64,000 nt of DNA from Candidatus Multivoradales bacterium (GTDB lineage Bacteria; Acidobacteriota; Thermoanaerobaculia; Multivoradales; JAHEKO01). Below, piece by piece: positions 8,309-17,714 of this stretch. The DNA lies in assembly GCA_965223855.1 (NCBI GenBank), contig CBDCXM010000002.1, positions 96,001 through 160,000 on the forward strand. The letters are read 5' to 3'. Below the pieces are notes generated by a model, which searched no databases, had not been told where the DNA came from, and saw only the letters and a list, made by a program, of their open reading frames with translations. The stretch's first letter is position 1. Each line of letters opens with the position of its first letter. A program made the translations under genes and the position numbers.

Positions 8309-11299
8309 CGAAGCCTGAGTCGAAGAACTCGGCCTCGACCGAGCCGGGGCGGGGCGACCTGAGATCGAAGGTCTCGGCAGCACGGGACGCGACCGAGGCT
8401 CGAGGAGAGACCTTCTACCCCGGCGCCTCCCGGATTCACCTCGCCGCCTTCCCGCCGAAGGAACGGTGGGACGACTGGGTCGAGCTCGATTCGAAGGCCT
8501 GGCCGGAGAGAGTCGAGCGACGCTACATGCTGGTGCCGACGACCTGCTTCAACTGCGAGTCGGCGTGCGGCCTGCTGGCCTACGTCGACAAGGACTCGCG
8601 GCGGATCCGCAAGTTCGAAGGCAATCCGGAGCACCCGGGGTCGAGGGGACGCAACTGCGCCAAGGGCCCGGCGACCCTCAACCAGATCACCGACCCCGAC
8701 CGGATCCTTCACCCGCTGCGTCGGGCGGGCGCCCGCGGAGAGGGGAAGTGGGAGCGCATCTCCTGGGACGAGGCGCTCGACCTGCTGGCGGAGCGGATTC
8801 GCAAGGCGATGCGGGAGAAGCGCCACAGCGAGCTGATGTACCACGTCGGTCGACCGGGAGAGGACGGCTTCACCGAGCGGATCATGGCCGCCTGGGGGGT
8901 CGACGGCCATAACTCCCACACCAACATCTGCTCCTCGGCAGCGCGTGCGGGCTACCAGTTCTGGTGCGGCATCGATCGCCCGAGCCCCGACCACGCCCGC
9001 GCACGGGTGATCTACCTCATCAGCTCGCACCTCGAGACGGGGCACTACTTCAATCCTCACGCGCAGCGGATCATGGAGGCGAAGGCGAACGGCGCGAAGC
9101 TGATCGTCCTCGACACCCGGCTGTCGAACACCGCGACCCACGCCGACCACTGGCTGGCGACGATCCCGGGATCGGAGGCGGCGGTCAACCTGGCGATCGC
9201 CTCGTTCCTGATCCGGACAGCGACGCTACGACCGCGAGTTCGTCCGTCGATGGTGGAACTGGGAGGAGTACCTCGAGGCGGTGCATCCCGGGCTAGAGGT
9301 TTCCTTCGAGAGTTTCGAGCGCATGCTCGAGGCGGAGTACGAGCCGTACACCTTCGAGTTCGCGGCCGCGGAGTCGGGGATCGACGCCGCGACCCTCGAG
9401 CAGGTCGCCGAGACCGTGGCCGGCGCCGGCACCCGTCTGGCGACCCACAACTGGCGCAGTGCCTCGTCGGGCAACGAGGGGGGCTGGCAGGTCGCGCGCA
9501 CCCTGTTCCTGCTCAATGCGCTCACCGGCTCGATCGCGACGCCCGGAGGCATGCATCCGAACGCCTGGAACAAGTTCGTGCCGCGCCCGATCCGCCTCCC
9601 CCGGCACCCGGACTACTGGAACACACTCACCTGGCCCGAGGAATGGCCGCTGACGATGTACGAGGTGTCGTTCCTGCTGCCGCACATGGTGCGCCGCGAG
9701 GGGGCGCGGCTCGACACCTATTTCACCCGCGTCTACAACCCGGTCTGGACCAACCCGGACGGCTTCTCGTGGCTCGAGATGCTGACCGACGAAGAGCGCG
9801 TCGGCCTCCACGTGGCGTTGACGCCGACCTGGAACGAGACGGCGTACTTCGCCGACCTCGTGCTGCCGATGGGGCACGCCTCGGAACGCCACGACATCCA
9901 CTCCTACGAGACCCACGCCGGGCAGTGGATCGGCTTCCGTCAGCCGGTGCTGCGGGCGGCTGCCGAGCGGATGGGAGAGTCGGTGGGCGACACCCGGGAC
10001 GTCAATCCCGGCGAGGTGTGGGAGGAGAACGAGTTCTGGCTCGAGCTGTCGTGGCGCATCGACGAGGACGGTTCGCTCGGTATCCGTGAGTTCGTCGAAT
10101 CGGAAGTCGAGCCGGGACAGCGACTGTCGGTCGACGAGTACTACGGACACATCTTCGAGAACTCGGTCCCGGGTCTTCCCGAACGGGCCGCCGAAGAAGG
10201 ACTGACTCCGCTGGCGTACATGCGTCGCTACGGCGCCTTCGAGATCGCAAACGAGGTCGAGACCCCCTACGAGCAGCCGGTCCCCACAGAGGAGCTCGAA
10301 GACGTGGCCGAAGACAGGTACGGCCGCGTCTTCACCCGAGCCGCGGCGCCGCCGCCTCTCAACGTCGTCCCGACCGGCGCTCCCGGCGGGGACGCCGACG
10401 GCCGCCGGCCGGTCGGCGTGCGGGTCGACGGCGACGTCCTGCGCGGGTTTCCCACTCCGAGCGGTCGACTCGAGTTCTACTCGCCGACTCTGGCGGCGTG
10501 GGGGTGGGGCGACGTCGCGGTGCCGACCTACATGCGGTCCCACGTCCATCCTGATCGGATGGACGACGATCAGCACGTCCTGATCTCGACTTTCCGCCTG
10601 CCGGTCCAGATTCACACCAGGAGCGCGAACTCGAAGTGGCTCGATGAGATCGCTCACACCAACCCGCTGTGGATTCACACTTCACACGCGGCGGCGATCG
10701 ACGTGCGGACGGGAGACCTGGTGAGAGTCGAGACCGAGATCGGGCACTTCGTCGTCAAGGCGTGGGTCACCGAGGGGATCCGGCCCGGCGTGGTCGCCTG
10801 CTCCCATCACATGGGGCGCTGGAAGCTCAGTGAGGGCATCATCGAGGAGGGAGCGCGTGAGATCGCTCCCGGCAACGGCGAGCGCAGCGGGGAAGGACAG
10901 CGTCAGCTCATGGCGACGGCTCGCGTCGGCCGCGCCGGTAGCGAGTGGTCCCTCGAGCGCCGGCGTGGGGCTCGGCCGTTCGCCAGCTCGGACCCCGACA
11001 CCAGTCGAATCTGGTGGACGGACGTCGGGGTGCACCAGAACCTCACCTTCCCGGTTCACCCCGATCCGGTCAGCGGGATGCACTGCTGGCATCAGGCGGT
11101 CCGGGTTCGCAAGGCTGAGCCCGGAGACGCCTACGGCCAGATCAGCGTCGATACCGCGCGATCGCGAGAGGTGTTCGAGGAGTGGCTGGCCCGTACCCGT
11201 GGCGCCAGGGAGCACTCGCCCGACGGTTCGCGTCGCCCGTCCTGGCTGATCCGCCCGGTCAAGCCGGTCGCAGCCGCCTACCGCCTCGACGAATCCTGA
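8305..11299 (+). pseudogene. molybdopterin oxidoreductase catalytic subunit (DMSO reductase family, Psr/Ttr/Arr-like), split by a +1 frameshift near 9212-9226 (sequencing error or pseudogene)
   Basis: ATG 8305 overlaps the upstream stop. Frame 1 gives CFNCESAC...NCAKG and NSHTNICS up to AIASFLIR. Homology-like sequence continues in the next frame as RYDREFVRRWWNWEEYL...TPSGRLEFYS...HTRSAN...GIRPGVVACSHHMG. Confidence 0.88.
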
Positions 11300-11308
11300 G
11301 TCGCGGGC

Positions 11309-11695
11309 TCAGTCGAGCAGGGTGACGCCGAAGAAGCTCCTGCAGTCGCCCGACTGGCAGCCGGGCGGGTTCTGCAGCGGCGAGGTGCGGATCCACAGGC
11401 GGATCGACTTGCCGCTCGACATCGCCTCGTGCACCACCGCCATCGCCTGCGCGACCTGGTCGGCATTGCTGTCCGGGATGGAGAAGTAGGGGATCTGCTG
11501 GTCGTAGTAGCGCCCCACCAGCAGCGGGGTGTTGCAGCGCACGTGGTAACGGCTGCCGAAGAAGATCGCCGATTCGGTCGGCCGGCAGACCTTCGACACG
11601 GTGTCGGGCAGCGGCGGGTCGGCCAGGAGCGCGGTGGCCGCGCAGAACAACGAGGCTGCGAATAGGAAGGACAAAGGGATGGTGAATCGGCGCAT
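11309..11695 (-). CDS. secreted hypothetical protein (128 aa, 4 Cys in mature part)
   Basis: AAGGAG RBS before ATG 11695; signal peptide MRRFTIPLSFLFAASLFCAATALLA. Confidence 0.75.
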   Translation of the reverse strand: MRRFTIPLSFLFAASLFCAATALLADPPLPDTVSKVCRPTESAIFFGSRYHVRCNTPLLVGRYYDQQIPYFSIPDSNADQVAQAMAVVHEAMSSGKSIRLWIRTSPLQNPPGCQSGDCRSFFGVTLLD

Positions 11696-11953
11696 CTGAA
11701 GTCTCCTTTCCCGCAACTGGCGCGCGAGGTGAGCTGACCGTTACCGCCGGCGACCGGAAACGAGAGACTTCCAGCGTCGGTCCGAGTCCCCTTGCCGCAT
11801 CGGACGTGGACCCTCCCGGGGGCTTCTCTGCCTGCAGCGGTTCCTCGCGACCCTCGCCAACCCCGATCGACCTCGTCGCGACAGCCGCCCCCGCCGCCCG
11901 GCCTGGGCTCGTGTCGGATCTCTCCCGGAAGAGGGGCGGGCTAGACTCAGAGG

Positions 11954-12949
11954 GTGTTCGGAGCGGAGGCGGAGCGAAGGCTGGCCGCAGGCGAAGTGCT
12001 GGTGCTCGACGGCGGACTGGCGACGGAGCTCGAACGGCGCGGTCTGGTGCTCGACGAGCTGCTCTGGTCTGCGTCGGTACTCGCCGAGCGGCCCGAAGCG
12101 ATTCTCGCCGTGCACGCCGACGCGGTCGACGCCGGGGCCGACATCGTCACGACGGCGACCTATCAGGCGTCCTTTGACGGCTTCGCCGGCGCAGGTCTGC
12201 CGGCTGTCGAGGCGCGCCGGCTGTTCCGCTCCGCGGTGACTCTGGCGAGAAGGGCGGGAGAACGCCGCGCGGAACCGCTGCCGCTGGTGGCGGCGTCGAT
12301 CGGCCCCTACGGCGCTGCGCTGGCGGACGGCTCCGAGTACCGAGGCCGGTACGGCGTGTCGAGACGGGAGCTGCGACGGTTTCATGAGGAGCGCTGGCGG
12401 TTGCTGGCGGAAGCTACCGGCCTGATCGCCTGCGAGACGCTTCCCGATCTCGACGAGATCCTCGTGCTGGCGGAGCTGCTCGAGAGCACCCCCAGAGTGC
12501 GCGCCTGGTTCAGCTTCAGTTGCCGCGATACGACGACGCTCGCCGACGGCACCGGGCTCGACGAGGTGGCCCGCCGTCTCTCGGGCTGTCCCCGGCTGCT
12601 GGCGATCGGCGTCAACTGCGTCCCGCCAGCCGGTGTTCTGGAACAGATCGAAGCGCTGCGCTCGGGGGCTCCGCGAGCACCGATCGTCGTCTACCCCAAC
12701 TCCGGTGAGCGTTATGACGCTGCGACGGGAGGGTGGAGTGCGGACGGCGGGGAGGGCGCCTCTACGGGGCCGGAACCGGTCGCCGAATTTCGTGCCAGGG
12801 TCCGCGGTTGGATCTCCGCGGGAGCCCGTATCGTCGGTGGGTGCTGCCGCACCGGGCCGCGGCACGTGAGGGCGGTGCGTGAGGAGGTGGACGCCATGAA
12901 GGGCGACCACCGGGCCGGTCGGCGAAAGGCGTCGGCCAAGCCGGGCTAG
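11954..12949 (+). CDS. mmuM: homocysteine S-methyltransferase
   Basis: LDGGLATELE, ASIGPYGAALADGSEYRG, ACET, GVNC, YPNSGE and GGCCRTGP motifs. Confidence 0.92.
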   Translation: MFGAEAERRLAAGEVLVLDGGLATELERRGLVLDELLWSASVLAERPEAILAVHADAVDAGADIVTTATYQASFDGFAGAGLPAVEARRLFRSAVTLARRAGERRAEPLPLVAASIGPYGAALADGSEYRGRYGVSRRELRRFHEERWRLLAEATGLIACETLPDLDEILVLAELLESTPRVRAWFSFSCRDTTTLADGTGLDEVARRLSGCPRLLAIGVNCVPPAGVLEQIEALRSGAPRAPIVVYPNSGERYDAATGGWSADGGEGASTGPEPVAEFRARVRGWISAGARIVGGCCRTGPRHVRAVREEVDAMKGDHRAGRRKASAKPG

Positions 12950-14739
12950 GAAAGCTCCAGCAGCTGGTAGAGCACGCCGTCGTCGAAGCCGAGGCTCCGG
13001 TAGTAGCGGCGGGTGCCGACGGCCGAAATGACGGCCAGGTGGCGATAGCCGCGACGGCGAGCGATCCCGGCCGCCGCTTCCACCAGCGACCGGCCGAGAC
13101 CGACATGCTGGGGCCGGCCCGGCTCCTGCCGGTGGAGCTCGACGAGCCGGCCGTAGACGTGGACCTCTCGCAGAAGCGCGGCATCTTCGAGCTCATCGTG
13201 CGGGGTCTCTTGCTCCGACTCTTTTCCGAGCTCGGGCAGTCCGAGGCGCAGGAAAGCGGCCAGGCGGTCGTCGGGCGTCACGTACTGGAGGAAGACTTCG
13301 TGCCCCGCGCCACCACGGTACTCGCATCGCTCGAGGGTGAGCTCGTCGTGGAGGATCTTGCGTCCCCGCACCTCACGGCTGCGAATCTCCCTCGACCGCA
13401 GCCCGTCCGCGTCGAGGCTCGCCTCGACGATCTGCCGGAAGTTCGTGAGTTTGTTGCCGGTGACGATGTCGGTGCCCGGGATGTCGCGGATCACCCTCGT
13501 CAGGCGGCAGTACTCCGGAGTAGCGAGGAAGCACGCTCGCAGCACGGTGAGCAGCTCCTCGTGACCGTAGGGTCGCCAGCGCCCGTCCTCGTGATAGCTC
13601 ATGAGTTCGGCACTCTCGATGAGGCTGCACGGGTAGATCTTCAGCTCGTCCGGCCGGAGGTCCGGGTCGTCGAAGAGCCGGCCGTAGTCTTCGATGTCGA
13701 GCTCGGGGCTCGAGCCGTAGAGGTTCGGCATCCAGTGGGCGTGGATCTTGAAGCCGACTCTGCGCAGGGCGCGAAACGCGCGGCGAGTGGTGGCGACGTC
13801 GTGGCCGCGATGATTGAGCTCGAGCACCCGGTCGCTGGCGCTCTGGATTCCGATCTGAATCTTGGTCGCGCCCAGCCTGCGCAGGCGCAGCGCCTCCGCC
13901 AGGTCGAGCGTGTCGGGCCTGGTCTCGACGACCAGGCCGACGCAGCGGCTCGAGGCGGACTCGTTGCGCGCGTGCGCCGCCTCGACTTGCTCCCACGTCG
14001 CCTCCTCGTGACGGGGCTCGGGCGCGAGTCTCCGGACGGCCTCGTTGTAGCTCTCGGCGAGACGACGGCCATCGACGCGATCCTCGAGCTTCCGATAGTC
14101 GAAGCGGTTGAAGTGGTCGGAGGTCTCCCGCGCAACGCCTCCCGCGGTGAGGCGATCCGCCTCGTTGAGGGCGTCGAAGCACCGCAGGATGAACCAGAGC
14201 TGATAGCTCTCGGGATAGGACGACCAGGTGCCGCCGAGCACGATCAACTCGACCTTGTCGATCGAGTGGCCGGTGTTGAGCAGCGTCTGCAGCCGTGACG
14301 TCGTCTGGTCGTAGGGGTCGAAGCGATGCTGGGCCGCTCGCTGTGCGCCGGGCTCGTCGGAGAGGTAGCTCTTGGGCATCCTCACGTCGCTGGGGCAGAA
14401 GATGCACTTCCCCGGGCACGGGTAGGGCTTCGTGAGCACGGTGACCGGGGCGACACCGCTCAGGGTGCGGATCGGCTTGCGACGCACCCGCTCGAGGACG
14501 GTGGACCGATCCCCCGCCCATGCGCCCGTCTCCTCCAGATAGCCGAGGCCGGCGATGATCTCCGCTTTCGAGAAGAAGCCGCGGCCGTCCTTGGGGTAGC
14601 GCCGCAGAAGCGCCTCGAAGGCCGTGCGGTCGAACGCTCCGGGTCGGGCGAGTTCGGTGATCAGCCCGAGGAGTTCGCGGCGGTGGGGAGCCGGATCGAA
14701 CGAGAACTTCGACGCTGCGGTCGGTGCGACAGGTGTCAC
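12946..14739 (-). CDS. elp3: Elp3-type radical SAM/GNAT tRNA U34 carboxymethylation enzyme
   Basis: RTLSGVAPV, CPGKCIFCP, ETRPD, HWMPNL, ELKIYP, RVIRDIP, LREVHVYG, QHVGLG and ISAVGTRRYY motifs. Confidence 0.9.
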   Translation of the reverse strand: MTPVAPTAASKFSFDPAPHRRELLGLITELARPGAFDRTAFEALLRRYPKDGRGFFSKAEIIAGLGYLEETGAWAGDRSTVLERVRRKPIRTLSGVAPVTVLTKPYPCPGKCIFCPSDVRMPKSYLSDEPGAQRAAQHRFDPYDQTTSRLQTLLNTGHSIDKVELIVLGGTWSSYPESYQLWFILRCFDALNEADRLTAGGVARETSDHFNRFDYRKLEDRVDGRRLAESYNEAVRRLAPEPRHEEATWEQVEAAHARNESASSRCVGLVVETRPDTLDLAEALRLRRLGATKIQIGIQSASDRVLELNHRGHDVATTRRAFRALRRVGFKIHAHWMPNLYGSSPELDIEDYGRLFDDPDLRPDELKIYPCSLIESAELMSYHEDGRWRPYGHEELLTVLRACFLATPEYCRLTRVIRDIPGTDIVTGNKLTNFRQIVEASLDADGLRSREIRSREVRGRKILHDELTLERCEYRGGAGHEVFLQYVTPDDRLAAFLRLGLPELGKESEQETPHDELEDAALLREVHVYGRLVELHRQEPGRPQHVGLGRSLVEAAAGIARRRGYRHLAVISAVGTRRYYRSLGFDDGVLYQLLELS

Positions 14740-16922
14740 GGCTCGAACCCGGCCTCGACGACCGGTAGCGGGGTCCAGCGCTCGGGATCCTCGCCGGTGA
14801 GCTTGAAGATCTCGACCCTCACACGCCCCGTGCCGAGTCGTTGCGGATCGATGAGCGCCGTGAAGTCGACCCTCCCATCCACGGTCTGAAAGGTCTCGGT
14901 GGTCGTCGCGACGCGACCGTCGAGCGCGATGGCGATCACGGCCGGCGGGGTCAGATTCCTGTAGGCGAGGCTGCCGGGCCGCACACCGCGTTTGGCCTCG
15001 GGAAGCTCGATGGTGCCGAGCGATCCGTACAGGTGGACCGGCAGCTTTGAACTGTCGTCGTCGACATCGTGGAAGCGCTCCAGGCCGATCAACTCGGCCC
15101 TTGCCGAGCGGTCCGGCGCCGTCGTCTCGAGATTCCTCACCCGGCGACCGACAAGGCCGTCGCGGGGACCAGCACGGTAGAGCGACTCCCAGTCACCGCT
15201 GCCGAAACGCCGTGCAATCGCGTCGGCCCCCTCCCGGCGACCGACGATCTCGTCGGTCCGGTACTCGAGCGGCACTCCCGCGGAGGCCCCACGATTGCCG
15301 CTGCGGAAGGTGCGTTTGATGCTGTCCTCGGAGCGGGGTTCGCCGGCGAGCGAGACGCCGTCGAAGCTGCCCGGCTGCCCGATCGCTTCCATGATGGTCG
15401 GCAGGATGTCGACGGTCTCCGCGTTGCGGTCGTCGATCGCACCGTCGCGCTGCTGCGGAAGCTTGACGAACAGCGGCACCCCGACGAGGGCGTCGAACGG
15501 ATCGTTGCGCACGTTGCGGCGCGGCTGGCCCGTGTCGAAAGTGGTCCCGTGATCGGAAGTGACGACGATCATCGCCTCGTCGAAGATTCCGAGATCGTCG
15601 AGCCGATCGAGCAGGCGTCCCAACAGGGTATCGGCGAACCCGACGGCGAGCATGTGACGCTGATGCGCCTGAGTCGTCTCCCATTCCGAGCCGATCCAAC
15701 GCTGGTAGCGAAGGCCGTGCGGGTAGGTGGTGTACCCCTCGAACCGGCGACCGTCGGGGAGCCATGTCCAGGGAGCGTGAGGGATGTAGACGTGGGCGAA
15801 GTGAAGCGCAGGCTCACGGCCGAGGCTCGCGATCCGGTTGAGGAACCAGTCGTAGAGCAGCTCCGGGCTTCGGGTCCGCTTCGCCGGACCGCGCGGCGCC
15901 GCGTCGGCCTTCTCGCGGCTACCGCGGAAGTCGCGCCACTGATCGCCGATGGCGAAGCGTTCCGCGAGTTCGCCTCCGGGGCCGACGGCGGCGAGATAGA
16001 GGACCGCCGTGTCGCTCAGCAGGGCCGGCAGGCGCTCGCTGCGTGAGAGCGTCCACTCCGCCGGCGGGCGGCAGCGCTCCAGCGGGCACAGGCGGGTGGA
16101 GGTCTCCCAGATGTTGAACGGCGTCTCCGCGTCGAGGAGCGTGAACAGGTTGGTCGGGTGGCCGTTGATGTTCGGCGTCGCGGCGATCCTGCGCTGCGGG
16201 TAGCGGCCGGTGAGGATCGCAGGGACGGCGTAGATCGTCGACTGCGCCACGGTGGTCGCCTTGCGGTACCAGGTCGAGGTCGCTGCCAGTCGATGAAAGT
16301 TGGGGAATCGACCTCGGTCGATCACGTCTTCCGGAGTCGTCAGGGAGACGGAGGGCAACTCGTCGAAGAGCACCAGGAAGACGGGGAAGGGGAGAGTTCC
16401 GGCGGTCTCGACCGCGTTCTCCGGGTCTTCGGGCACCAGCACGTCCCGGACGCTCGGGTGAGAGAGAAAGAGCACCGGGAAGAGGAGCGCCGGTGCTGCG
16501 GTCCAGCGCAGTCCCGTTCGCCACGCCGGGCGTTTGCAGAACCCACCCAGGAGCAGGCCGGCGACGCCTCCGAGAGCGAGGCTCGTGACGGTGCCGAGAC
16601 CGAGCTGCCGGGCGACGAGCAGGCCACCCGCCGCGCCGCACAGCCCGATCAGTGCCCGATAGGTGGCGCTTCCGATACCAGGGCCGAGCGCCCTCGCCAC
16701 GGCGAGCACCAGCGCTGCGACCAGCGGAACTCCCAGGCTGAGGATCGTCACCAGGCCGAGCACGTCGAGGCCGTCCGCCTGATGGGCGACGAAGAATGCC
16801 GACTGGTCGCGCCACAGGTCGTAGAGCGGCTGGGCGACGACGAAGCCGGTGAGTCCGCCGACGGCTAGACTGTCGCCCGCCAGCGACGAGTTGGTTCCGG
16901 AGGCGGCTTCCAGTGATGGCAT
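14736..16922 (-). CDS. membrane-anchored sulfatase-like hydrolase/transferase (alkaline phosphatase superfamily)
   Basis: About 5 N-terminal TMs; LVLFDEL, AQSTIYAVPAILTG (Thr at the nucleophile position), HVYIPHAPW, TSDHG, VPLFVK and DILPTI. Start uncertain. GTGA-coupled to elp3. Confidence 0.82.
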   Translation of the reverse strand: MPSLEAASGTNSSLAGDSLAVGGLTGFVVAQPLYDLWRDQSAFFVAHQADGLDVLGLVTILSLGVPLVAALVLAVARALGPGIGSATYRALIGLCGAAGGLLVARQLGLGTVTSLALGGVAGLLLGGFCKRPAWRTGLRWTAAPALLFPVLFLSHPSVRDVLVPEDPENAVETAGTLPFPVFLVLFDELPSVSLTTPEDVIDRGRFPNFHRLAATSTWYRKATTVAQSTIYAVPAILTGRYPQRRIAATPNINGHPTNLFTLLDAETPFNIWETSTRLCPLERCRPPAEWTLSRSERLPALLSDTAVLYLAAVGPGGELAERFAIGDQWRDFRGSREKADAAPRGPAKRTRSPELLYDWFLNRIASLGREPALHFAHVYIPHAPWTWLPDGRRFEGYTTYPHGLRYQRWIGSEWETTQAHQRHMLAVGFADTLLGRLLDRLDDLGIFDEAMIVVTSDHGTTFDTGQPRRNVRNDPFDALVGVPLFVKLPQQRDGAIDDRNAETVDILPTIMEAIGQPGSFDGVSLAGEPRSEDSIKRTFRSGNRGASAGVPLEYRTDEIVGRREGADAIARRFGSGDWESLYRAGPRDGLVGRRVRNLETTAPDRSARAELIGLERFHDVDDDSSKLPVHLYGSLGTIELPEAKRGVRPGSLAYRNLTPPAVIAIALDGRVATTTETFQTVDGRVDFTALIDPQRLGTGRVRVEIFKLTGEDPERWTPLPVVEAGFEP

Positions 16923-17680
16923 CAGGATCGGATCGAGACGACTACGAAGCGAGATGGCGCGAGATCAACCGGCGGTTCTACCGGGAGCACGCCGCCACCT
17001 TCGATGCGACTCGCGGCAGGCCCTGGTCGGGCTGGTCCCGCGCGCTCGGCCATCTCGAGGATCGGCGCAGCCCATCCATTCTAGACGTTGGTTGCGGCAA
17101 CGGGCGCCTCGCGGATGTCGTGCACGACCGGCTGCGGGGGGCGCGCTACCTCGGCATCGACTCCTGCCTCGAGCTGCTTTCCGCGGCCCGTCTTCGCCCC
17201 TCCTTGCGGGCGCTCCACGGACGGCTCCTGGGGGTGGATGCTCTGACCGGTTCGCTTCCGATCGCGGGTGAGCTCGACGCGATCGCCGTCTTCGGCTTCC
17301 TGCATCATGTCCCCTCCCTCGAGGCGACCTCCCGGCTGTTGCATCGCCTCTTCGGCCACCTGAGCGAAGGCGGCGTGTTGATGGTCTCCTTCTGGCAGTT
17401 CGCGAAGCTCGAACGTTTCAGGGAGCGGTCCGTGGCACCCGCTGAGATCGGTCTTCCGGCAGGAGTACTGGGGCCGGGCGATTTCCTTCTGCCGTGGCAG
17501 CGCGTGGCCGGCGCCGTGCGTTTCTGCCATCACTCGTCGCCGGAGGAGGCGGAGCGACTCGTGGAGCCGCTCGTGGGGACGTCGGGCGGTGAACTGGTCG
17601 ATCGCTTTTCGGCCGACGGTGCGGGTGGCGATCTGAATCTCTACTTCGTCCTTCGCAGGCCGGATTCGCCGAGGGAGTAG
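16916..17680 (+). CDS. class I SAM-dependent methyltransferase
   Basis: FDATRGRPW, ILDVGCGNGRL, FGFLHHVP; GGAGG upstream. Confidence 0.85.
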   Translation: MASGSDRDDYEARWREINRRFYREHAATFDATRGRPWSGWSRALGHLEDRRSPSILDVGCGNGRLADVVHDRLRGARYLGIDSCLELLSAARLRPSLRALHGRLLGVDALTGSLPIAGELDAIAVFGFLHHVPSLEATSRLLHRLFGHLSEGGVLMVSFWQFAKLERFRERSVAPAEIGLPAGVLGPGDFLLPWQRVAGAVRFCHHSSPEEAERLVEPLVGTSGGELVDRFSADGAGGDLNLYFVLRRPDSPRE

Positions 17681-17714
17681 AAGAGCGGGCCCGCTTGTTA
17701 GGGTGTCGTGCACC

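Noticed and set aside
7984-10089. 701-aa ORF as a complete gene
   Set aside because: Only 8305 to ~9215 is real coding sequence. The N-terminus overlaps the NrfD gene and the C-terminus is out-of-frame read-through after the frameshift.
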